A stretch of DNA of 64,000 nucleotides from Spirochaetaceae bacterium UBA1318. Its GTDB lineage: Bacteria > Spirochaetota > Spirochaetia > Treponematales > UBA1318. This document shows positions 8,186-18,042 of this stretch, piece after piece. Made by a program: the position numbers and the translations under genes. The stretch lies in NCBI GenBank assembly GCA_002307015.1, contig DBTK01000131.1, forward strand, positions 723-64,722, written 5' to 3'. The notes under the pieces were generated by a model. The model did not search any database. It was not told the DNA's origin and was given only the letters and a program-made list of their open reading frames with translations. Numbering within the stretch: the first letter of the stretch is position 1; each line of letters opens with the position of its first letter.

Positions 8186-9987
8186 CCATACCATTCATCG
8201 ATCCCTTTATCAGGGCCGTACGGCTCCTGGCCAAAAAAGAAAAGCGGCAGCTCGGTCTCCTCATCGCCTCGATGGTGGTGTGCGCCCTCGTGGACCTCGC
8301 GGGCATCAGCTCGATCGTGCCCTTCATGAGCGTGATCGGGAATCCGGCCATCGTCCACACGAACAAGTACCTCGCGGCCGCGTACGGGATGCTCGGGTTC
8401 TCCTCCGACCGGGCCTTCCTCATCGCCCTCGGCGCGGGCTCGATCTGCATGATCCTGTTCAGCTCGGCCCTTTCCGCCCTGACCTTCTACGCCCAGCAGC
8501 GGTTCGCGAACGGAAGGCGCTACACCCTTTCCAACCGGCTGCTCTCCACCTACCTTTCCCAGCCCTACGCCTTCTTCCTCGACCGGAACAGCGCGGAGCT
8601 GTCGAAAAACGTGCTCACGGAAACCACCCGGGTCTTCTCCGGGATCGTCAATTCGGGCATCGACTTCATCGCGCGCGGGGTCTCGATCATCTTCATCATC
8701 GGACTCTTCGTCGCGATCGACCCCTTTCTGGCCTTCTTCGTCAGCGTGGCCCTCGGCGGCTCCTACGCCCTGATCTTCTTCCTGTCGAGGAAGAAGCTTT
8801 CGGGAATTTCCAGGCGATGGGTCCTGCTCAACAAGATCAGGTTCCAGGCGGTGGGAGAGGCCCTCGGCGGGGTGAAGGAGATCAAGCTCCTCGGCGTCGA
8901 GGACAATTTCCTCCGAGCGTTCGCGAAACCCTCCCGGGAGTTCTCGAGGCTCGAAGCGAGCGAGGAGGTCATCAGCACCCTGCCGAAGTACTTTCTCGAG
9001 GCCCTGGCCTTCGGCGGGATCATGATCATCGTCCTCTACCTGCTCCTGTCCTACCACGACCTGAGCTCGGTCCTTCCCCGCATGACCCTGTTCGCCTTCG
9101 CCGGGTACAAGATGCTGCCGAACCTGCAGCTCTCGTTCAGGGCCCTGGCGAAGATGAAAAGCAATCGGTCTTCCCTCGACCTTATCGAAAGCCATCTCGC
9201 CCTTTCCTCGACGATGGTTCCCGCCGGTTCGTCGACGGCCGAGAGGCTCGAGCCCGCGAGGGAAATCCGGGTCTCGAACCTGGAATTCCTCTACGAGAAC
9301 ACCGATAAGCCGGCCCTCGTCATCGACGATTTGACGATTCCGGCCAAGATGAGCATCGGCATCGCCGGATCGACCGGGGCGGGGAAGACCACCTTCGTGG
9401 ACCTGCTCATCGGCCTTCTTTCGGCCCAGAAGGGAGGCTTTTTCATCGACGACGTGCCGGTGGAGGGCGAGAACGTCCGGAAATGGCAGAACTCGATCGG
9501 CTATATCCAGCAGAGCATCTACCTCTGCGACGACTCGGTCGCCGCGAACGTCGCCTTCGGAAGCCGCAAGGACACGATCGACATGGACGCGGTGGTGAAG
9601 GCTGGCAAGGCCGCGAGGATCCACGATTTCGTCATGGAGCTTCCCGAAGGCTACCAGACGATCATCGGGGAAAGGGGCGTCCGGCTCTCGGGCGGACAGC
9701 GCCAGAGGATCGGGATCGCGCGGGCTCTCTACCGGGATCCGCCCGTCCTCATCATGGATGAGGCGACGAGCGCCCTCGACAACGTGACCGAAGAGGCGGT
9801 GATGGAAGCCATCACCAATTACTCCCATACGAAGACCATTTTCATGATAGCCCACCGCCTCACTACCCTTCGCGATTGCGACCTGATCCTGTTCGTGAAT
9901 AAGGGACGCATCGAGGCGAAGGGGACCTACGCGGAGCTGCTCGAAACAAGCGAGGGCTTTCGCAAGATGGCGGGAAAGACGAGCTGA
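8182..9987 (+). CDS. Fused TMD-NBD ABC exporter (MsbA/PglK-like half-transporter)
   Basis: Hydrophobic N-terminal half, Walker A GSTGAGKTT, signature LSGGQRQRIGIARAL and Walker B VLIMDEATSALD. The start overlaps the previous stop (ATGA). Confidence 0.9.
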   Translation: MTIPFIDPFIRAVRLLAKKEKRQLGLLIASMVVCALVDLAGISSIVPFMSVIGNPAIVHTNKYLAAAYGMLGFSSDRAFLIALGAGSICMILFSSALSALTFYAQQRFANGRRYTLSNRLLSTYLSQPYAFFLDRNSAELSKNVLTETTRVFSGIVNSGIDFIARGVSIIFIIGLFVAIDPFLAFFVSVALGGSYALIFFLSRKKLSGISRRWVLLNKIRFQAVGEALGGVKEIKLLGVEDNFLRAFAKPSREFSRLEASEEVISTLPKYFLEALAFGGIMIIVLYLLLSYHDLSSVLPRMTLFAFAGYKMLPNLQLSFRALAKMKSNRSSLDLIESHLALSSTMVPAGSSTAERLEPAREIRVSNLEFLYENTDKPALVIDDLTIPAKMSIGIAGSTGAGKTTFVDLLIGLLSAQKGGFFIDDVPVEGENVRKWQNSIGYIQQSIYLCDDSVAANVAFGSRKDTIDMDAVVKAGKAARIHDFVMELPEGYQTIIGERGVRLSGGQRQRIGIARALYRDPPVLIMDEATSALDNVTEEAVMEAITNYSHTKTIFMIAHRLTTLRDCDLILFVNKGRIEAKGTYAELLETSEGFRKMAGKTS

Positions 9988-10001
9988 AGGGGCGGGGCAT
10001 C

Positions 10002-11003
10002 ATGCGGGCTTTCATCAAATCCCTCAGGCGGCTCGTGATCGGCAAGGCCGCCGCGCTCTGGTACCGGGCCGGGAGCGTCTTCCTGCCGGCGAGGCTCGAG
10101 TTGCTCCGCTACGACGTTCCCGTCCGGCTTCGGGTTCCGACCTACGACGGATCCGACCAGGCCGTGCATCCCGACATCCTGAGGACCGACGGACCGGGAA
10201 GGCCCTTCGTTCTCGCCTTCACCCCCTATCCGTTCACGAACGATCGGTACGAGAATCCCTCGGTCGTGGTCTCGACGGACGGACTCAGGTTCAGGGAGGA
10301 AAGGCGGGGGCTCAATCCCCTCGCGCCCGCGCCGGACAGGGACCACAACGACGATCCCGACCTGAGCCTGATCGACGGCACGTATCACCTTTTCTACCTG
10401 GAAACCCTGAGGCCCGAGCGCCAGAACCTCGTGCTCCTCGAGAGCCGGGATCGGCTGGACTGGACCAGGGCGGCGGAATGTAACTGGGAGCTTCAGGGCG
10501 AAAATCCCGATCCCATGATCGTGTCCCCTGCCCTGGCCGAGCTGGACGGGGAGTTCTTCCTCTATTACGTGAATACGACCGAGAGGCCCTATCGCGTCGA
10601 GTTCCTGAAAAGCGCGAGGCCCGATTCCTGGGACAGGAAGACGGCGAGCCTTCCCGTCTTCGACCGTTTCCCCTTCGTCCCCTGGCACGTCGACATCGTG
10701 AAGGGGAAGGGCTTTCATTACCTGATTCTGGACGAAACGGAGAAGATCGGGGAGGGCAGGCGGACCTACGACCTGAGGCTGGCCCGGAGCGCCGACCTCG
10801 TGCACTGGACGGTTTCGGACCGGAAGATCTTTGCCGAAAGGCCCTTCGGCTCGAGGCTCGTCTACCGCAGCACCGCCTGGTGCGACGGCGGCGACATCTT
10901 CGTGTATTTTTCCTACAAGACGAAACAGATGTGGAGAATCGGCCTGGTGCGGAAGCGCCTGGGCGACTTCTTCCCCGACGATTCGAACATGGAGCAACGA
11001 TGA
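10002..11003 (+). CDS. Hypothetical protein, possibly beta-propeller glycoside-hydrolase/phosphorylase-like
   Basis: 333-aa ORF with coding-like composition. Repeated segments rich in aromatic residues and Asp (AVHPDIL..TPYPF..ENPSVVVSTDG, DGTYHLFYLE, DGEFFLYYVN, GGDIFVYFSY) suggest propeller blades. No family could be named with certainty. Confidence 0.35.
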   Translation: MRAFIKSLRRLVIGKAAALWYRAGSVFLPARLELLRYDVPVRLRVPTYDGSDQAVHPDILRTDGPGRPFVLAFTPYPFTNDRYENPSVVVSTDGLRFREERRGLNPLAPAPDRDHNDDPDLSLIDGTYHLFYLETLRPERQNLVLLESRDRLDWTRAAECNWELQGENPDPMIVSPALAELDGEFFLYYVNTTERPYRVEFLKSARPDSWDRKTASLPVFDRFPFVPWHVDIVKGKGFHYLILDETEKIGEGRRTYDLRLARSADLVHWTVSDRKIFAERPFGSRLVYRSTAWCDGGDIFVYFSYKTKQMWRIGLVRKRLGDFFPDDSNMEQR

Positions 11004-12592
11004 AAAAACGGGCCTTCGGTTTTCTGATTCTCACCTTCGGGTTTTTCGCCGCGACCGGACAAGAAGCCCTCCTTTCCGAAAACGCCGAGTACTACGGCCT
11101 TCTCGAGCTCATGGGGCTTTCGGAGCGTCCGACCCTCAATTACCGGACCCTCTCCGACGACAGGCGATCGGTCGCCTCCGGCGATAATCCCTGGCAGGAT
11201 CTCGAGCTTTCGACGACGAGGAAGATGGGGAGCGTCGACGTCAGGATCTACGGACCCGAGCTCTTCAATTCGTACAACACCGCCTATCCCCACGGCTTCG
11301 ACGACGGGGTCCTCTGGCAGGGCGTCGGCCTCAACTCGAGCCTTTCAGCGGGAATTCGCGCCGAGGCCTTCGGCTTCGAGGCGACGGTGAAGCCCGTCGT
11401 CGCATTCGAGCAGAACAAGGACTTCGACATCCTGCCCTCGACGGCGACCGGCAGCGACTACGGCTATTTCTGGCATGGGGACGTCATCGACCTCTACCAG
11501 CGTCCTGGCGACAAGCCGGTCTACGCCTTCGACTGGGGCGACACGGAACTCCGCTACACCTACGGCACGTTCACCCTAGGTTTCGGCACCCAGGCCGTCT
11601 GGCTCGGGCCCTCGAGGCGGAACGCCATCCTCTCCTCCAACAACGCGCCGAGCTATCCCAAGTTCGATTTCGGCCTGAGGAAGACGGCCACGCCGATCGG
11701 CGATGTGGAAGCCCGGGGTTGGTGGGGCTATACCTCCGCATCCGAGTACGCATCGAGCGCTTCGAACTCGCACAGCCTCTTTACGGGCCTGAGCCTTTCC
11801 CTCGCCCCGGCCGTGCTGCCCGGGCTTACCCTCGGCGTGAATCGGGTGATGTTTTCAGAATGGGGGGCGAACGGACTCGAGAACATGCTCGTCCTTTCGA
11901 TCCCGACCTTCAAGAGCGGCCACGGAGACCAGGACAACCAGGAGGCCTCCCTGACCGCGGACTACCTGCTTCCCGCCGCCGGGGTCGAGGCCTACGTCGA
12001 GTGGGCCCGGGACGACTACAGCCCGAGCATCAACGACGTCGTCCGCTATCCCTTCCACACCCAGGGCTACACCCTCGGGATGAGGAAGCTGGTCGGCTTC
12101 GGGGAATCGAAGCGGGTCGTGGGCGTCATCACCGCGGAGATCACGGACCTCGAATCCTCGCGCGACTACGAATTTCTCGGTCCCTGGAGCTGGTACACGC
12201 ACGGATTGTACGAGACCCAGGGCGCGACGAACGGAGGCCAGATCATCGGCGCCGGGATCGGCACCGGCGGCAACAGCCAGTACCTGGGCTTCAGCGTGTA
12301 TTACCCGAGGGGCCGTTCGACCATCTACGTGCAGAGGATGAACCGCGACAACGACTACGTGTACTTCATGAACTATGGCGGCAGCGCCGCGGACAAGATC
12401 GACGACCAGTACAAGTTCAACGCGGAGATGACCTACGGCGCCGAGACCGCCTACTTCCTGACCGACTCGATCCGCGGCTCCCTCGGCCTCGCCTGCTGCA
12501 TGAATTACAACCCCCTGTACAATCCGACCGGGCACGTAAGCTCGATCATCGCCAATTTCTACATCACCGCCGGCCTCGGCTTCAAGCTCTAG
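11000..12592 (+). CDS. Outer-membrane capsule-assembly protein, Wzi-like
   Basis: Start ATG 11000 overlaps the upstream stop (ATGA), with signal peptide MKKRAFGFLILTFGFFAATGQ. The segment FTLGFGTQAVWLGPSRRNAILSSNNAPSYP resembles the Wzi core WLSFGQVPQWWGPGYEGSLIRGDAMRP. The sequence is Gly/Tyr-rich and barrel-like to its end. Confidence 0.5.
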   Translation: MKKRAFGFLILTFGFFAATGQEALLSENAEYYGLLELMGLSERPTLNYRTLSDDRRSVASGDNPWQDLELSTTRKMGSVDVRIYGPELFNSYNTAYPHGFDDGVLWQGVGLNSSLSAGIRAEAFGFEATVKPVVAFEQNKDFDILPSTATGSDYGYFWHGDVIDLYQRPGDKPVYAFDWGDTELRYTYGTFTLGFGTQAVWLGPSRRNAILSSNNAPSYPKFDFGLRKTATPIGDVEARGWWGYTSASEYASSASNSHSLFTGLSLSLAPAVLPGLTLGVNRVMFSEWGANGLENMLVLSIPTFKSGHGDQDNQEASLTADYLLPAAGVEAYVEWARDDYSPSINDVVRYPFHTQGYTLGMRKLVGFGESKRVVGVITAEITDLESSRDYEFLGPWSWYTHGLYETQGATNGGQIIGAGIGTGGNSQYLGFSVYYPRGRSTIYVQRMNRDNDYVYFMNYGGSAADKIDDQYKFNAEMTYGAETAYFLTDSIRGSLGLACCMNYNPLYNPTGHVSSIIANFYITAGLGFKL

Positions 12593-12616
12593 CCGAACGC
12601 ATCCCATGGAGCAGCC

Positions 12617-14098
12617 TTGAACCAGATCGTCGACAGTTCCCTGATCGAACGAAAATACGGTCCCTACCTAGACGGGTCGGGACGGCTGAAGCCCGACGCA
12701 CCGTCGGGGATCGTCGATTCCCTGGCGGCCGATATCTTCGTGAAGCCGGCCCTCGGAATGCTCCGGCACGCTAGTCGATCCTTCGATTCGGACGCGATCG
12801 GCGCCTGGATGGCCCTGGTCGACGACCAGCTTCCTTCGCTCAGGCTTCGTGAGCCGGTTCGCCGTTTCTGCCGGTCCCGGCGGAGGGAGGCCTTCCTCAC
12901 CGCCTGCGTCAAGCGGGACGTCGAGGGACTCAAGGCCGTCCTCGGGAGGCGGGACTTCCCGCGATCGGCGAAAAGGGCTTCGGTCGAATCGCTCAGGCGT
13001 TTCAAGAAGATAGCCCTCGTCTACCTCGCGCGGTGGAAGGCCTCGCCGCGTTCCGGGTCCGAGCGCGATTCCCTGTTCATCATCCGCCGCCTTCCCGTCG
13101 GCGGCATCGAGCGGGCCCTCGTCAACCTCGTGAACGCGATAGTCTCCCTCGACAGATCGGTGGACCTCCTGGTCCTGGGCGGCATCGACCCCGTGCTGGG
13201 AGCCGAGATCGACCGGCGGGTCGATCTCGTGGACCTCGGCACCGCGCTGAAGCGTTCCTATACGGTGGCGGTAAATTATTCGCAGTGGCATTTTCCCGAG
13301 ATCCTGACGAGGGGAGTCAGGGCGGCGAGAAAGATCCAGTGGGTCCACAGCGACCTCCTCCAGATCTTCAACCGCTTTCCCCGGAACCTCTACGCCCGGG
13401 AGTACCGGAGGATCGACCGCTTTGTCTGCGTGTCCGAGGCCGCCCGCAGGGGCTTCGTCCAGCTTTATCCCTTCGCCGAAGGGAAGACATCGGTAATCTA
13501 CAGTTTCTACGACATGGAAGCCGTGCGGCTCCTTGCCTCCGAAAAAACGGGGATCGTCCTCGAGCGTGACCTGCCCGCGGTGGTGACCGTCGCGAGGCTC
13601 GCCGAGGCCAAGGGCCTCGATCGGGCCGTCCGCGTTCACCGGAGGCTCGCCGACCGGGGCGTGGATTTCCGCTGGTATGTCGTGGGCGACGGACCGATGC
13701 GGGCCGAGCTCGAGGCCCTCGTGAAGAAGCTCGGCCTCGAGGACCGCTTCATCCTCCTCGGCCTCGACCACAATCCCTTTCCGATCATGATCCAAGCCGA
13801 CCTGTTCGTTCTGCCTTCCTACCACGAGGGCTACGGCCTCTCGGCGCTCGAGGCGAAGACGGTCGGGCTTCCGCTCGTCGTCAGCGATTTCAGCTCGGCC
13901 TCCGAGATCGTCACCGACGGCTACGACGGCCTCGTCGCCCCGAACAACGAGCGGGGAATCGCCGAGGCCATGGAGAGATTGATCCTCGATCCCGGGCTGA
14001 GAAGCCGATTCAGGAAGAACCTCGAGGGTTTCCGTTACGATAACGCCGCGATACTGAAGGCAGTCCGGCGAGAGCTTTTTTCCGAGGAGACAACGTGA
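12617..14098 (+). CDS. GT4-family glycosyltransferase (start uncertain; about 150-aa N-terminal extension if the TTG at 12617 is used)
   Basis: C-terminal GT-B motif FVLPSYHEGYGLSALEAKTVGLPLVVSD. The GT4 core begins near SLFIIRRLPVGGIERALVNL. Alternative ATG starts lie at MLRHAS and MALVDD. Confidence 0.8.
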   Translation: MNQIVDSSLIERKYGPYLDGSGRLKPDAPSGIVDSLAADIFVKPALGMLRHASRSFDSDAIGAWMALVDDQLPSLRLREPVRRFCRSRRREAFLTACVKRDVEGLKAVLGRRDFPRSAKRASVESLRRFKKIALVYLARWKASPRSGSERDSLFIIRRLPVGGIERALVNLVNAIVSLDRSVDLLVLGGIDPVLGAEIDRRVDLVDLGTALKRSYTVAVNYSQWHFPEILTRGVRAARKIQWVHSDLLQIFNRFPRNLYAREYRRIDRFVCVSEAARRGFVQLYPFAEGKTSVIYSFYDMEAVRLLASEKTGIVLERDLPAVVTVARLAEAKGLDRAVRVHRRLADRGVDFRWYVVGDGPMRAELEALVKKLGLEDRFILLGLDHNPFPIMIQADLFVLPSYHEGYGLSALEAKTVGLPLVVSDFSSASEIVTDGYDGLVAPNNERGIAEAMERLILDPGLRSRFRKNLEGFRYDNAAILKAVRRELFSEETT

Positions 14099-15153
14099 AG
14101 ATTACGGCCCTTTACTATCCGGACGACATCACCCTGATGTTCACCCTTTCGCCGATACTGAAAAGCCGGTACGCGGGGATGTTCGATTTCACCCCCGATC
14201 CCGAGGCCGCGCTGAGGCTGAACAACCGGACCATCGTCCTTTTCCGTTTCGTGAAGCATTCCGCGGCCGTGGGCGGCAAGGCCTACCTCGACCGGCTTCG
14301 CGGCCGCTACGACAAAATCGTCTACTTCGACGACTTCGCCGATCCCCGGGACATCGTTTCCGACCTCATCGGCCTCGTGGACGTGTACTACAAGAAGCAG
14401 CTGCTGGCCGACCGGGGGCTCTACCGCAAGGGGGCCTACGGCACGAGGCTGTTCACCGACTACTACCACGAGCGCTACGGGGTGGAGGACGACGACGGAG
14501 CCATCGCGGCCCCGCTTTCGGCTGCCGACGTCGCGAAATTGAGGCTTTCCTGGAACCTCGGCCTCGGCTCCTATCCCAAGAACCGGATCCGGAAGGGGAT
14601 CAGCGTCAGGCTCGGGTCGAGGGGCATCGTCCGGCCGCTCAAATGGGTGTTCGCCGATCCGGCCTCCTACCGGAGCGGAAAGAAGACCATTTTCAAGGCG
14701 ACCGCCCGATTCCGGGCCGGCTTCGACCGGAAGACGATCGTCTTCCACCGGGAGCTTTTCCTGAAGGCGGTCGAGGGCAGGCCCGACCTTTTCCTCACCG
14801 GCCACCTCTCCCTCGAGGAGTACAACAGGGAGATGAGGGACTCCGTCGCCGCCCTGAGCCCCTTCGGCTGGGGCGAGATCTGCTTCAGGGATTTCGAGGC
14901 CATCATCAACCGGACGGTGCTCCTCAAGCCCTCCATGGACCATATCGAGACCTGGCCGAACGTCTACAAGCCGGGAAAGACCTACATCAGCCTGGATTGG
15001 GACGCGAAGGACACGGTGGAGGCGACCGAGGCCATCTTGCACGACGAGGTTCGGCGCAGGGAGATCACCGACAACGCCTGGGACGTCTATGCCGACGGGC
15101 TCAGGAACGCCGAAAAGCGGATCGAAGGCTTCCTCGCGGAAATCACGGTTTGA
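14095..15153 (+). CDS. Putative glycosyltransferase with CgeB/Glyco_trans_1_2-like C-terminal domain (paralog 1)
   Basis: 352 aa. LSPFGWGEICFRDFEAIINRTVLLKP and the following region fit the R-x-FE-A...G pattern of Glyco_trans_1_2. It is collinear with 25610-26680. The start overlaps the previous stop. Confidence 0.5.
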   Translation: MKITALYYPDDITLMFTLSPILKSRYAGMFDFTPDPEAALRLNNRTIVLFRFVKHSAAVGGKAYLDRLRGRYDKIVYFDDFADPRDIVSDLIGLVDVYYKKQLLADRGLYRKGAYGTRLFTDYYHERYGVEDDDGAIAAPLSAADVAKLRLSWNLGLGSYPKNRIRKGISVRLGSRGIVRPLKWVFADPASYRSGKKTIFKATARFRAGFDRKTIVFHRELFLKAVEGRPDLFLTGHLSLEEYNREMRDSVAALSPFGWGEICFRDFEAIINRTVLLKPSMDHIETWPNVYKPGKTYISLDWDAKDTVEATEAILHDEVRRREITDNAWDVYADGLRNAEKRIEGFLAEITV

Positions 15154-15671
15154 TGGCCATGAAGCGCGCCCTGAAAGCCGTCATCAACCGGGCGAGCCCG
15201 AGGATCATTCCCCGGCTGCGCTTTCTCCAGGGTCTCCTTCACCACAGTCCGCCGCCGCTCAAGGCCGTCGCCCTCTACCGGGTGAGCAGGTACTTCTGGG
15301 TTCGCGGACACCGGATCCTGGCCAGGCATTACGAAAACCTCCTCTACTATCGCTGCGGCTGCACGATCAGCTGCGAGGCCGAGATCGGGGAGGGCGTCTG
15401 GTTTCCCCACCCGACGGGCATCGTGATCGGGAAGGGCTCGATCCTCGGGAGGAACGTCACCGTCTACCAGAGCGTCACCCTCGGCCGGAAGGACAGGACG
15501 GTGTCGGACTATCCGAGGATAGGCGACGATGTCACGATCTATCCGGGCTCGGTGGTCATCGGGGCCATCGTCGTCGGAAAGGGCACGACGATCGGCGCGA
15601 ACAGCGTGGTTCTCGCCGATACCGAGGAAAACAGCGTTTACGCGGGAGTACCCGCCAGGCGGCTTCGATGA
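15153..15671 (+). CDS. Hexapeptide-repeat O-acetyltransferase (CysE/WcaB-like)
   Basis: ATG 15153 overlaps the upstream TGA. Left-handed beta-helix repeats: HPTGIVIGKGSILGRNVTVYQSVTLG...IGDDVTIYPGSVVIGAIVVGKGTTIGANSVV. Confidence 0.8.
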   Translation: MAMKRALKAVINRASPRIIPRLRFLQGLLHHSPPPLKAVALYRVSRYFWVRGHRILARHYENLLYYRCGCTISCEAEIGEGVWFPHPTGIVIGKGSILGRNVTVYQSVTLGRKDRTVSDYPRIGDDVTIYPGSVVIGAIVVGKGTTIGANSVVLADTEENSVYAGVPARRLR

Positions 15672-15702
15672 CGGAGCGGCAACGAAAAATACGGGGATCC
15701 TG

Positions 15703-16860
15703 ATGAACATCGTCGGCATTTTTTTCAACAACGAACTGCGCACCGGCGGCCACGTCCGCTACCTCGAACTCATGGAAGGCCTCGCCTCGGGGGGACACCG
15801 GGTGGTCGTCCTTCTCAATTCCCTGCTCGCCTACGAGCCGAGGGTCTTCGAGGCCCTGAGGTTTCCCGTCCGCTACAAACGGAAGGGCTTCCCTCCCGCC
15901 TCGGCCGTTTTCGCCGCGGAGGCGGGAAGGAGGGCGAAGGAGTTGGGGGCGAGGATGGGCGGAAAGGTCGATGCGGTCCTCGTGTTCGGCGAGACCCACG
16001 TCGCCGCGGGCGAGAAACTCAAACGGGCCTTCGGCTGTCCCCTTATCTATGGCCACCGCTCGAACACGGCGAGGGAGTACCTCACCTACCTCGACGAGAA
16101 GGGACATTCGGCCATCGAGCGGGCACGGTTTCGCCTCGGCCTCCTCTGGTCGGTCCGCCAGGAGCGGAACATCGCCAGGGCGGCCGACATCGTCGTGTTC
16201 CAGAGCTCCTTCGACATGAACGATTTCCTCTCCCGGGTTCCCGTTGCGCGGGGCAGGACCTTCGTGGTCCGCGGGGACATCCTGGGTCCCCGGTTCAAGC
16301 CCGAGTGGGCCGGCTCAAACCGGAGCGAACGCCTCGAGAAGATCGCTTTCATGGGCACCCAAGGGCCGCGGAAGGGGGTGGATTACCTCATCGGGGCGAT
16401 TGCCCTGCTCAAGGAGAGGGGGTTCGGGCAGCTGCGCTTCGAGATCTGCGGGCCAGGGCAGAGGACCGAGGAGCTCGAGGCGAGGCTTGCGGCGGACGGA
16501 ACGGCCGGGATGGCGACAATCCACGGCAGGGTTCCCGACGCCTTCCCCGTGGTTTCGGCCTGCGACCTCCTCGTCGTCCCCTCCCTTTTCGACAGCTACC
16601 CGAACTCCGTGCTCGAGGCCCTGCACGCCGGCACCCCGGTCATCGGCAGTCGGGTCGGCGGCATACCGGACATGCTTTCCCATGACGAGCTCCTCTTCCC
16701 GCCGATGGACGCGAAGGCCATCGCCGACATCATCGAGGGCTGCGTCCGCGATCCCGGTCATTACCGCAAACTCAAGTCGCTCTGCGCCGGACGAGCCGAT
16801 TATTTCAGGTTCGACTGGGCCGCCGAATGGGCGAAGCTCGTTCCCCTGTCAAAGAACTGA
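15703..16860 (+). CDS. GT4-family glycosyltransferase
   Basis: Start MNIVGIFFNNELRTGGHVRY. C-terminal motif VVPSLFDSYPNSVLEALHAGTPVIGSRVGGIPDM. Confidence 0.8.
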   Translation: MNIVGIFFNNELRTGGHVRYLELMEGLASGGHRVVVLLNSLLAYEPRVFEALRFPVRYKRKGFPPASAVFAAEAGRRAKELGARMGGKVDAVLVFGETHVAAGEKLKRAFGCPLIYGHRSNTAREYLTYLDEKGHSAIERARFRLGLLWSVRQERNIARAADIVVFQSSFDMNDFLSRVPVARGRTFVVRGDILGPRFKPEWAGSNRSERLEKIAFMGTQGPRKGVDYLIGAIALLKERGFGQLRFEICGPGQRTEELEARLAADGTAGMATIHGRVPDAFPVVSACDLLVVPSLFDSYPNSVLEALHAGTPVIGSRVGGIPDMLSHDELLFPPMDAKAIADIIEGCVRDPGHYRKLKSLCAGRADYFRFDWAAEWAKLVPLSKN

Positions 16861-18042
16861 TTGATTGAGAATGCTCGAAGGAAGACTCGTTATGAACTCA
16901 AGATAATTTCCGGGGTGGATCGTTTTGAAGCCGGCTTCGGGATACGTATTCGTCCAGCTTGCGGGCGGTTTGATGTTCTTTTCCTTCAGCTTGAACTCGA
17001 ATGCATCAAGATGTCCGTCCGAGTCCTCCACATAATCGGCTTCGGCCCCAGTGTGTGTGCGCCAGAACCATGAGCCGCCGTAGAATCCCCGATAGGCATT
17101 GAACTTCATGCGCTCGGAGACCAGAAAGTTTTCCCAAAGCAAGTCTCGATCGCCCCTGAACTGCCATTCCTTGAAATCTTCTATGAGCGCATTTCGGACT
17201 CCGTTATCGTAGAAATAAACCTTGTCTTTCTTGGTGACTTCCTTTCGAAGGTTCCGGCTGAATCCGCCCAATCGAAATACGACAAAGGCCTTTTCGAGTA
17301 AATCGATGTAGGAAATGACTGTATCGGCGCTCATGCCGGTCTGCCGTCCCAATTCCTGGTATGATACCTCGGAACCGATCTGATACGCCAAAAGGCGCAG
17401 AAGGTCGCGAAGTTTCCTTGAGTTATGGATTCCTCCCAATTCAAGAACGTCCTTGTACAGGTAGGCCGATGACAACTAGATAAGGTGATGGATTCTATCC
17501 TCTCTCGAAGGCATGGAAAGAAGAGCCGGATAAGAGCCCAGGGTGAGCGTTTCTTCTCGATGCCCATCCACTTCGAATGAGTTTTCGAAAGCCGCGTATT
17601 CAGAAAAAGAGATCGGGTAGAGCGTGAAGGTCCATGTTCTTCCGGTCAGGGACTCCTTGGTTCTTCCCGCAAGATCGAGGCTTGATGATCCGGTAATAAA
17701 CAAGGTTCCGGGAAAATCGGAATCGTGGAGAAGCTTCAACGAAAGCCCGATATTCAGAATTTTCTGGGCCTCATCGATCAGTATAAGATCATAACCCGAA
17801 ACAATTCCCCGTATTCGCTGCAGATCCCGGGATTCCCACACCGCCTGGACTCGAGGATCCTCCCCATTTATCATGAGCGATCGTAGCCCTGTTTCGGAAA
17901 TGACTTTTTTCGCCAGTGTCGTTTTTCCAACCTGTCGAGGACCGTAGAGCATGACGATTCGGCGATCGTTCCGGAGCTTTTCAAGGATTACTGGTTCCAA
18001 AGAACGCGGAATATTCATATCATGATTATGGCGTGATTTCAT
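16849..18042 (-). pseudogene. AAA-family ATPase (AAA_14 + DUF4143 architecture) interrupted by a single in-frame TAG
   Basis: The two adjacent track ORFs (17476-18042 and 16849-17475) are in the same frame, separated only by TAG at 17476-17478 (...EDRIHHLI*LSSAYLYKDVLELGG). Walker A LYGPRQVGKTTLA. The likely true start is MNIPRS at 18018. Joined length is about 388 aa, typical for the family. G+C is visibly lower than the flanks. Confidence 0.75.

Noticed and set aside
10880-10999. N-terminal extensions of track ORFs upstream of the starts I chose. The extended track boundaries are 10880, 4518, 15529, 18033, 22806, 25526, 31044, 33323, 34282, 46964, 51172, 52661, 62716 and 63884.
   Set aside because: The extensions overlap the preceding gene in another frame and are Arg/Pro-rich. 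An internal ATG or GTG follows that either has a Shine-Dalgarno-like sequence, overlaps the upstream stop (ATGA/GTGA), or begins a signal peptide or family-typical N-terminus.
17476-17478. The in-frame TAG in the AAA/DUF4143 gene as programmed read-through or pyrrolysine-type recoding.
   Set aside because: Nothing in the window suggests recoding machinery or a downstream recoding structure. TAG is used as an ordinary stop by many genes here (for example lgt and the activator at 49782-49784). A simple nonsense mutation or a sequencing error is more parsimonious.
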